A stretch of DNA of 64,000 nucleotides. Source: a virus. Made by a program: the position numbers and the translations under genes. The notes beneath the pieces are model-generated. The model was not told the origin of the DNA. It did no database searches and was given only the letters and a program-made list of their open reading frames with translations. The stretch covers positions 1-64,000 of IMG/VR virus record IMGVR_UViG_3300028837_000518. The stretch is one strand, 5' to 3'. Of the stretch, positions 20,819-29,117 are shown piece by piece; position 1 is the stretch's first letter; each line of letters starts with the position of its first letter.

Positions 20819-21417
20819 TACTCTTCTTCAAGTACAGTGTACTCGCCATCTACAGTGCTAGGAATAAGATTCTCAGCAGCAATTGCACGAGCACTTGAGG
20901 CACGAATTGACTTACGAATGCTTCCCACCATCTCCTTCTCAAACTCAGCGCGAACAGCATCGTCGGTAATATACTTTTTACCAAGGTCAGCAAATGCTGA
21001 AACGATTGTACCCGTAACGGATATATGCAAGTAGTGTTGTTTTCCTCTTTCTATTTCATTAATGGTACGTGCCGTACTAGTGATTGAGCCTGCAAGTCGC
21101 GCTAGAGTTGAATAGTAATGTGTAATGTTCTCAAAGTCATCAATATCTAACATTTGTAGCTCGGCACGCAGCATCGCTAACTCGCGCCGGCAATCTAGTA
21201 TTTTCGTATCATCAAGTAGCGTTTCTACTAGAGGTCGTAGGCGCGGCGATATAGATGATACAAGGTATCGACCTGCCTCTGATTGCCCCGAGCTACCCCC
21301 GTGATACTTGCATCGCCCCGTACCAAAATGATGAGTCCCAAAGCCAGCCGGCTGCTTACAAATAGTACCCGTTCTAGTTTTTGCGCCACATATTTTATCT
21401 GCTGGTTTTCTTGACAT
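20818..21417 (-). CDS. terS: terminase small subunit (HGGxSTG-type N-terminus)
   Basis: CGAKTRTGTICKQPAG...GRCKYHGG directly upstream of terL. Confidence 0.75.
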   Translation of the reverse strand: MSRKPADKICGAKTRTGTICKQPAGFGTHHFGTGRCKYHGGSSGQSEAGRYLVSSISPRLRPLVETLLDDTKILDCRRELAMLRAELQMLDIDDFENITHYYSTLARLAGSITSTARTINEIERGKQHYLHISVTGTIVSAFADLGKKYITDDAVRAEFEKEMVGSIRKSIRASSARAIAAENLIPSTVDGEYTVLEEE

Positions 21418-21425
21418 AGCGACCT

Positions 21426-21454
21426 ATTATAGCATGTTTTTATACTTGTGTCAA
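21426..21454 (-). promoter_or_regulatory. consensus sigma70 promoter immediately upstream of terS
   Basis: Reverse strand TTGACA-17 nt-TATAAT with TGn extension; the -10 box is 8 nt from the ATG. Confidence 0.8.
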
Positions 21455-22275
21455 GGTGATGGTGTTGGTACTAGTTCAAACTGGGTTATATCGACTTCAT
21501 CTGGCCAGGTGTGTAATGGTTGATTACCTAAGTCAAGTGATGCCCACACTACATTATTAGAGTGTAGTCCATGCTCGCCAATTCCGCGCGCACGATTTAC
21601 CACAAATCGTATACGAATAAAGTTTTCCATCTCTATACATCGCAGAAGGGCCGTATCACTCGACGGTTCTAATATAGAACTACCAATACTCTGTGCCCAA
21701 TTTGCAACCTCGGCACTCCGCTGTTCCAAGTTTCGATAGGGCACATCACTAATACACTCATAATATTTACGATACCAACACCAAAGCGTCCGCCATTTAT
21801 CCGTCCACCAACCCTCACACCAGAAGTGACCTGCGGCACTACACACTTTATCCCTGTACTCGTGCGTGGGCAAGGTGATTGTTCTGAATCCTAACGATAT
21901 ACTACCAATGCGTTCATCATCCCTATATTGCTCAAAAAGGGTGCGCATATGATGTAGAGCAAATGGGGATAGTAGAATATCGTTATCCATACAAATGAAC
22001 TGTTCATAGTGGTTAGCCATCCACGGCATGACTTGAAGGCGCATGGCGGCACAGCACATATTACTCTCGTTACGATGAACTGTTTTGCGTGGTAAATCAG
22101 CGCCTTCAAAAACTTGCACGCTTTTTTCTACAGCTGATTCCGCATCTTCGTCAAGCGCCCCATCTTGCCACAAGTGTATGTCTGTGTCAGTTAGGTCGTT
22201 CTCGCCCAAAGTCTCTAACTCACGTTGTAGATAGTGCGGGCGATTATAAGACATGATTGCTAACCCTGTAATCAT
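21451..22275 (-). CDS. glycosyltransferase (GT-A fold)
   Basis: IMSYNRPHYL, WQDG, DxD motif MDND, IGEHGLH. Confidence 0.8.
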   Translation of the reverse strand: MITGLAIMSYNRPHYLQRELETLGENDLTDTDIHLWQDGALDEDAESAVEKSVQVFEGADLPRKTVHRNESNMCCAAMRLQVMPWMANHYEQFICMDNDILLSPFALHHMRTLFEQYRDDERIGSISLGFRTITLPTHEYRDKVCSAAGHFWCEGWWTDKWRTLWCWYRKYYECISDVPYRNLEQRSAEVANWAQSIGSSILEPSSDTALLRCIEMENFIRIRFVVNRARGIGEHGLHSNNVVWASLDLGNQPLHTWPDEVDITQFELVPTPSP

Positions 22276-22277
22276 AT

Positions 22278-23129
22278 CTACTTCACCCTCATATCCCGCC
22301 AGTGCTCTTGATACCAGGCTACAGTCTTGGCCATGCCCGCTACTAATGATATGCGTGGGTAATAGCTAAGGAGTTGAACTATCTTAGTTGGGTCAGCCAA
22401 CTGCACCCCGCCACGCTCTGGCTCACCGGGACGCATGGGAACATGTAGAATTTGACTGGGACTATTTGCGGCGTTAACAATTACTCGCGCCAAGGCATTA
22501 ACCGTGGTCGGAATACCAGTGCCCGCATCTATTACCTCTCCCCATACACCGCGTTCCCACGCACGAATTAGTATCTCGCACATATCGCTTACATGTATTT
22601 GATCAGTGATTTGCTCGCCATCACCATAAACTATTAGGGGTTGTCCCGTAATTGCCCGCACAATAAAAGTTGGTACAGCCTTCTGTACCTTTCCCCACTT
22701 TTGCCTGGAACCATAAACATTCAATCCGCGCACTACAACGACTGGTAGGTTGTAATTTTCGTACCACGCCAAACAAAACTCATTAGCCGCCCGCTTAGTT
22801 ATACAGTATGGGTTATGCCAGGCTGTTTTTAGACTTAGATATATCAGTGGAGTTTTAGCGTGTTGACATGCACGAAGCACAGCAATTGTACCCTTAATGT
22901 TGACATCTATAGTTTTTTCAATGTACCTAAAGGTTTCAGCTGAACCCAGAATGCCAGCACAATCAAATACAACATCCGCCCCGCCTACGCTTTGCTGTAA
23001 CTTACCAGCATCTAGTATGTCTAAACCATCCACTAAATCATATGACAGAGCATCATGCCCACACTCACGCAGTGTATTAATTAGATGCCCACCAATAAAT
23101 CCACGCCCACCTGTAACAAGTGCTCTCAC
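22278..23129 (-). CDS. NAD-dependent epimerase/dehydratase
   Basis: VTGGRGFIG, YxxxK (YCITK), NVYG, YGDGEQ. Confidence 0.9.
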   Translation of the reverse strand: MRALVTGGRGFIGGHLINTLRECGHDALSYDLVDGLDILDAGKLQQSVGGADVVFDCAGILGSAETFRYIEKTIDVNIKGTIAVLRACQHAKTPLIYLSLKTAWHNPYCITKRAANEFCLAWYENYNLPVVVVRGLNVYGSRQKWGKVQKAVPTFIVRAITGQPLIVYGDGEQITDQIHVSDMCEILIRAWERGVWGEVIDAGTGIPTTVNALARVIVNAANSPSQILHVPMRPGEPERGGVQLADPTKIVQLLSYYPRISLVAGMAKTVAWYQEHWRDMRVK

Positions 23130-23130
23130 T

Positions 23131-23634
23131 CTACCTCTGCTTTATAGCGTCTAGGATAATACTTGTGTAACCAATCTTGCCAACTCTATTACGCGCATCT
23201 AAACACAGCGACCGTGATATAATGCCAAATTCTGGCGACCACGGACGATAATGAAACACAGATTGTTCATCCCACCACTCAAGCAACTCTACATTGTAAC
23301 CTGCTTCCGCAAATACATTCGTTAGTGTTTTGTAGTTATAAAGCGCCTGATGATCCCCAGGACACTCGCCCAGTATAGCACGCTCCACATAGGCCGCGTC
23401 AGGGAAAAATCCGTCTGGCGTAGCTACCCGCAATCGTGGCACAAACTTGAAGCATTGGCGTGCAGCTTCGCGCCCCTCTTCTAATGTCAAGTGTTCCCAA
23501 ATGTGTTCCGCCAATGCCATATCAACCGGCATATATTTTACCCAAGTATCGGGTCGTAGGAGATTCAACTCCCCTATATTAGTTGATACCCAACCATCTT
23601 GACTGGTATTCGCCGCGCCTATAATAACTTTCAT
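23131..23634 (-). CDS. SAM-dependent methyltransferase-like protein
   Basis: AEHIWEHL, RLRVATPDG, S..LDAIK; of the type found in glycan loci. Confidence 0.7.
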   Translation of the reverse strand: MKVIIGAANTSQDGWVSTNIGELNLLRPDTWVKYMPVDMALAEHIWEHLTLEEGREAARQCFKFVPRLRVATPDGFFPDAAYVERAILGECPGDHQALYNYKTLTNVFAEAGYNVELLEWWDEQSVFHYRPWSPEFGIISRSLCLDARNRVGKIGYTSIILDAIKQR

Positions 23635-23638
23635 AGTA

Positions 23639-23788
23639 CTACCCGCGACGGTCTCGTTCGCGCCAACGCCGCCGCCTTAATACAACTCGCCTTATACGCC
23701 TGCGAAATGGGAATCCGACACATCTCCCCATTCCTCTTCCCGTTAGCGGCCCACGACCGTCAGGTCCCGTTCCATCTCTATACGGCAT
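23639..23788 (-). CDS. DUF5320-like small Gly/Arg-rich protein (49 aa, below ORF-track cutoff)
   Basis: MPYRDGTGPDGRGPLTGRGMGRC... with RBS GAGGAG. Confidence 0.75.
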   Translation of the reverse strand: MPYRDGTGPDGRGPLTGRGMGRCVGFPFRRRIRRVVLRRRRWRERDRRG

Positions 23789-23812
23789 CTAATTCTCCTC
23801 TCTACTCTATTA

Positions 23813-23824
23813 GAACATATGTTC
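23813..23824. promoter_or_regulatory. LexA-type SOS box (GAAC-N4-GTTC)
   Basis: Perfect palindrome GAACATATGTTC in the leader of the leftward operon. Confidence 0.45.
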
Positions 23825-23895
23825 ACCTAGATCAATCTCGATGTTTAGATGAATGTTTCCGTGGTGATTAATAGTATAGTACTTAAGTAGTAGTT

Positions 23896-23923
23896 ATTAT
23901 AGCTAATACGCTTGTGGTGTCAA
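23896..23923 (-). promoter_or_regulatory. leftward sigma70 promoter
   Basis: Reverse strand TTGACA-16 nt-TATAAT. Confidence 0.7.
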
Positions 23924-24089
23924 GTGGAGTTTTGTAAATTTTGCGTAAATAATTTTCCCCAAAAGTTGAGAATTTTGATGGGAGAGGGTGTCCCTACGTT
24001 ACAGTAAAGCTGACCCCCGTGAAACTTGTAAATAGCACAAGACAGCACAAGGCTGCCCTACGTAGGCGTATACAGCATAGAACCATGGC

Positions 24090-24118
24090 TTGACACACGC
24101 CGGGCGCTATGCTATCCT
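24090..24118 (+). promoter_or_regulatory. rightward sigma70 promoter
   Basis: TTGACA-17 nt-TATCCT with TGn extension. Confidence 0.7.
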
Positions 24119-24168
24119 ATAGCCAAGTTTGGACAATGAGAGCCAAACAACACACACGAGGGAGAAAC

Positions 24169-24777
24169 ATGAAAACCGTATCGGGAACCGACGCGGACAC
24201 CAGCCCCACAAACCCCACGGATCAGGAGCCCGTGGAAGAAGAGAAGAGTGCGGAAGAGCTGTATTGGGAGAGCCTAGATGCTGGCCAGCAGTCCGTATTC
24301 ACGGACGTTATGCGGATGACACCCAAACAGGCATACGTGCAAAAACTCGCATCGGACCGTGTTACAGCACGGCTTGCCGTTGTGGAGACGGCGTTGGCCG
24401 AAACAGAACTCGCATCAGCCGCCGCGGTAGAAACCATTATCGCGGCGTTGATCGCGGCCGGCAAAACCCACGACTGCAAAGTGGTTTGCATCATTCACAA
24501 CACGGGTGCAAGTTTTGCAGAAGACATAACACGCCGCCGACGCAAAACGTCGGGACGCGCAACACCCGCCGGCGGCAAACGTGATCCGCGTGTTATCGTT
24601 GGCGGCGTAACGTACGCCAACAACAAAGCGGCTTGCCAAGCCCTGAACCTGGAACCGTTCGTCGGGATTGACAAGCGGCAAACCGACGGCGTGTTTGACG
24701 ACTGGCGATCCGCCATTGACGCACACGCGGCCAACAACGCGCTAGACCTGGTTCGCCCAGGCAAGCTCAAGGCATAG
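24169..24777 (+). CDS. first rightward gene; putative DNA-binding protein
   Basis: RBS GAGGGAG before ATG 24169; helical N-half, RRRRK linker, C-terminal VIVGGVTYANNKAACQALNL (NUMOD1-like). Confidence 0.6.
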   Translation: MKTVSGTDADTSPTNPTDQEPVEEEKSAEELYWESLDAGQQSVFTDVMRMTPKQAYVQKLASDRVTARLAVVETALAETELASAAAVETIIAALIAAGKTHDCKVVCIIHNTGASFAEDITRRRRKTSGRATPAGGKRDPRVIVGGVTYANNKAACQALNLEPFVGIDKRQTDGVFDDWRSAIDAHAANNALDLVRPGKLKA

Positions 24778-24794
24778 GCCGACAACGGACACCG

Positions 24795-24825
24795 CCTGGG
24801 CTGGGAAACCAGCCCAGGTTTCTTT
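24795..24825 (+). terminator. rho-independent terminator
   Basis: CCTGGGCTGG-GAAA-CCAGCCCAGG followed by TTTCTTT. Confidence 0.85.
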
Positions 24826-24900
24826 GCGTCCCGGGCCGAGTGAAAACCGCTGGGAACTGGCGAGTAGGGCGGGTTCCGCACAGTAGTTAGCGCCACAGTA

Positions 24901-24973
24901 GTAGTCGCCAGAACGTCAGGGTTCGGGAGATAACTTCCCACTTTGCGGGTTCGAGTCCCGCACTGGCGATTAT
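24901..24973 (+). ncRNA. tRNA-like element (acceptor-type stem plus T-arm, no normal D or anticodon arm)
   Basis: GTAGTCGCCAG/CTGGCGATTAT stem enclosing GCGGG-TTCGAGT-CCCGC. Confidence 0.55.
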
Positions 24974-25050
24974 AGCAGTGGAGTAATCGCAGTAGTTCAC
25001 GCGGCTAACTGAGGCTATAATCAGTTAGCCCAAGCTAGGGGAGGGGAGTT

Positions 25051-25320
25051 GTGGCAACCAGCAGGCCGAGAGTGCGTGTGTAGTTGCGGGACGGCACGAT
25101 AGTCGATGGGTTGGTAATGGGTACGGAGCATCTCGTTACTACGCGGCGAACCGTGCAGGTTTTAGGTGTCCACACCGAGGCCGGGCGCATGGACAGACGA
25201 GAAGCAACCATGCGAGTGAGTGAGCGAACTCTAGCATCACTCACCGAGGCCGACCGCGTGGTAATAGAAGAAGTTGTGGAAGTGGCATCGCGCGATGGGT
25301 GTATCGCACTGCCGCACTGA
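25051..25320 (+). pseudogene. small gene with in-frame TAG at 25081
   Basis: Strong RBS before GTG 25051; reads MATSRPRVRV*LRDGTIVDG. Confidence 0.5.
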
Positions 25321-26211
25321 CTTCCAACTACTGACCCTGAGCGCGAGTTCAGAGTCAGTGGTGGGCAGTCAGTTTACAGTTAGGGGAGAGAGTAATGGCG
25401 GGAAAGAGAAAGTTAGTATGTAACAAGTGTGACTGCACCATACCCATCCGTGGGTTCGTGTGGCGAGAGCGGGCGCGCACTGCGCAGTACGACGAGCAGG
25501 GTGTGAGTAGAGACTACTACTGCGACCCCTGCGCGGACACCCGCGAGAGTGGTGGGTGGCACTAACGAGTACCAAGTAATCGGGGAGGGAGTAATGAAGT
25601 ATCCTGAGTTCAACTACGAGGTGCACGGCGCGAACGTAGGTAGTTACTGTCCTGCTCTCGGGGCACCATGTGCATTCGAGGATGAGAGCCGCGACGGTAA
25701 CGACTGTCCGTTCCCCGGGGATGATGATTGTCCCGGCGAAACTCTACTGGGTAGCATCATCCTGACGGAGAGCGGGCAGGTCGTTCACTTGACCTGGTAA
25801 GGGGAGGAAGTAATCATGAACGGCTGTCCAAGTTGCGGTAAGTCGCACGGCGTATGCGAGAAGTTTATTCGCGTCCGGGACCACAGTAGAATCCGGGCAG
25901 ACGAGAGTATGCGGGATGTTGAGATACTATACGTGTGCAAGTGTGGCACGATATGGTGTCCTCAGAACCCGGTGTGGCCTGGGTACATCTGGTATCCCCG
26001 GGAGACCTGGTCATCGTCGTCGAACCCGCAGGGTGACGCGGAGTTCTACTCAGAGGAGCCAATGACATGAACCCACCGAGTGGATGAAGACAAGTTGAGA
26101 GGGTGAAGCGCGGGTATCAGTGCGGCCCTGGACTCAATAAAGTAGCAACGGGCAGGTCCATGCGGTACCCGCGCCACCACACAGCCTAACCGGTACTATA
26201 GTAGTAGGCTC

Positions 26212-26314
26212 TGTGGATATGTGGATAACATCAAGAAGAACACAACCCGTAGGGCATTAGTGCGTGCTAACCACAAGGGGTTGTGTTTGGTTATCCACAG
26301 GGGTTGTGGATAAC
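26212..26314. promoter_or_regulatory. DnaA-box cluster
   Basis: TGTGGATAA (26220), TTATCCACA (26291), TGTGGATAA (26306), plus near matches at 26212 and 26267, in an intergenic gap. Confidence 0.65.
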
Positions 26315-28931
26315 TTTTACGCGCATGATGTGAGGAAGACAGGTTATGGCACCAAGATGCAAGCAATGCCAGAGAGTAATGACTCGCCGGCGCGATGACA
26401 CAGGTAAGCGAGTCTGGTGTTGTGAGTTCTGTGAGTTCCGTGCACTGGCAAACGCTATCATGCGAAAGGGGAAGAAGTAATAACTCGGCTGTCTACAGGT
26501 GGGCCGAACAAAAGAGAGTCCCATTATGAGGGATGGTTTACTCTGCCCTTTACGGCACTGTTCGGTTCACCTGTGGGTAGCTGAGTCTATCTAGTTACGG
26601 GAGGTAGTTCATGGACTACACACGCTGCCCTAAGTGCGGGGGCGAGGTGGAGTACGGTGAGATGAGAATATATCTCGGCGAGTTGATGTGCTGTTACTGC
26701 GTCACTCGTGCCATTGCGAGTGCGAGTGCTTACCACGCGGTAAGCCATGGTGGTCCAATCCCGGAGGCTCAGTAATGCCAGTATTGAAGAGTCGGTGGGT
26801 GGACCCACAGACCGGTGAAGTTCTCCGGGAGAAAGGAGAGCGGGTCGGGGTTAGAGAGTTATTGGCTCTTCGGAAACTCGGTGTTGTTCAAGAGGAATAC
26901 CTCAAAGGGGGTATGACAGCAATGGTAGCCGGGCAAAGAGTTAGCACCGCATCCTTACTCAGCGGTTCAACGCACTCAGTCCCGAGCACGCACTGAACCG
27001 TGCAATGGGCAGAGGTGCCGCGAGGCCTCCCGAGTACAGAGGAAAGGGGCGGTATGATTACTGTGAGGGGGGTAACGCCTACATCATACTAGACGTTACC
27101 GCTATGCCGGTATCTCAATCAGGATTGGGGTGAAACCATGCCAGTAACATTCGATCTCTGTATGGTGCGAATATGCGCCGAGATACTACTGTATCTGGCT
27201 CTCGCGGCAGCGGCTTTCGTCTTCGCAGTCAGCTACCGCGGGTAGCTAACAACTGAATAGAAGTTACCTGGGGAGCTACATCTCCTACTCGACTCCCCGC
27301 TCCTCTACTCCCCCGAGATGTAGCTCCCTAATACTAAGGAGTTTAGTCGACGAGTGGTTATCAAACATGGTAGCTACTCGTGGGCCAAACTCCACACCAT
27401 GAGGTAAGTACATGGATAACACGGTGATTGGGAGTTTTCGCCGGCGTAGGTCTATTGGTATAGACTTACGTCTCACAGTAGGGGGAGGCAGTAAAGTGCT
27501 ATCGCCATGTCCGAAGTGTGGAGAAGAAGTAGAGTATTGGGAGCTTGTGGTCTGCGCGCGGTCAGCGTTTGCTCTCTGTGTGGGTGAGAATGAAGACACC
27601 ACTATGTGTGTCACTTGCGCCAACGCGCACATCCAGAGTAAGTACCGCAAGCAAACAGCCGAGATTCTCCGGCTTGCTATAGCGAAGTTGAGTATGCTGG
27701 AGATCAAGGACCGACTACGACCACACTGGTTTGGTGGCTGGGTTGGTGGAAATGAAGTAGGCGCGAGGGGCTTGGACTACATTGACGCCGCAGAGAAAAA
27801 GTTACAAGAAGCGGTTGACGCACTCAATACCGCTCTCGCACTCAACAAACCGCCAGGACCCACGCGAGATAACAGGAGGGCACTATGAAGTGGCGGTAAT
27901 CTACGAGCCAAGACCAAGTTTCAGTAAGGGGGATTACTGTGGAGTGCACATTCTGTAGTAGGGATATTCCCGAGGACGAACTGACGGATGTAGGTAACGG
28001 AGAGGTTATGTGTACTACTTGCATAGCCGGTAGCGTGGCACAGTTACCAGAAGTTACAGAGTTACCGAGTATCACACTACCGCTACACTTGGTAGCAGTG
28101 TGGTCCTGAGTCGCACGGGGAGAGTGAGATAACTTACTCTCCCCATCAGTTCTGCCTGGAGGTAAGTTATGGCTCAAAGTAGTGGTGGAATGGCCTGGCC
28201 AAGCAGCGATGAGAGTAGTAGCAGGAGTAGTAGTAGCTATGAAAATTGGCGTCGCTTCCTCCATCGCTTTCTCGTTATCGCTACTGGCCATGGTATGGTC
28301 AAGGCCACTCAGGTAATAGCTAGTACTTATGCCGAGGCTCTAGAGACGGTGGCGGGTTGGGAGCCGAGACGGGTAAAGCGGGAGTGTGCTGGACTGTACG
28401 AGTGTTGGGATGGGAATGTGAAGCATACAGTGTTCCGCCTCGACGCACTACCTATTGGTCGAACTTTCATCATCAAGGGTGGTGAACAATGATCCGCTGT
28501 CCAGTCTGTAAAGCAGAAGTTCGTTGGCGTTGGGGAGATTTCACTGCGCCCGATCCCAACCGCAGGTTCATCGCCGAGAGTTGCGAGCATCTACGCGCAA
28601 CTTCCGGGTACGCACTAAATGCCAGTGCAGTTGAGTTGTGTTTGGAAAGTTCCGATGCGTGGACGTATCCACCAGGTTGGGACTGGCCAAGTAAGTACAC
28701 GTCTGACTACGCTTGCCCTGCATGTGGCGTGTATCCAGTTTGGCGGTGGGTTTGCCAGGCACCGGACGGGAGTCCGGTTTGGTCCGTCGAAGGATGCGAG
28801 CACCTAGTACTTCTCGGTGGGTGTTGTAGTAACTATGGTACCGAGAGAGAGGAGGTGGAACAAGCCATCAGAGCAGTTTCTTCGTGGAAGTTCTAACCCC
28901 AAGGTTTCACTAACCTGAAGGAGGTAGTGCG

Positions 28932-29117
28932 ATGAGTGATGTGCAAGGTATCTCAACCGTACTTATGGCCGAGAAAGAGACCAAGAATACCGTTCGGTTC
29001 GCCGAGGTCGAGAGCGACAGCGCGCCGCTCTTGAACACCATCTACGTGCCCAAGTGGGTGGTCAACTCGATGGGCAATCCCACCAAGATTCAAGTGACGG
29101 TGGAGCCCGTCCAGTAA
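28932..29117 (+). CDS. small conserved phage protein (possible AbrB-like swapped hairpin)
   Basis: RBS GAAGGAGG; EKETKNTVRF.E...TIYVPKW; strongly C/G-ending codons. Confidence 0.55.
   Translation: MSDVQGISTVLMAEKETKNTVRFAEVESDSAPLLNTIYVPKWVVNSMGNPTKIQVTVEPVQ

Noticed and set aside
618-23154. Plus-strand ORFs in the structural arm (and minus-strand ORFs after 24.1 kb)
   Set aside because: These are antisense shadows of well-supported genes, with no RBS or recognisable motifs.
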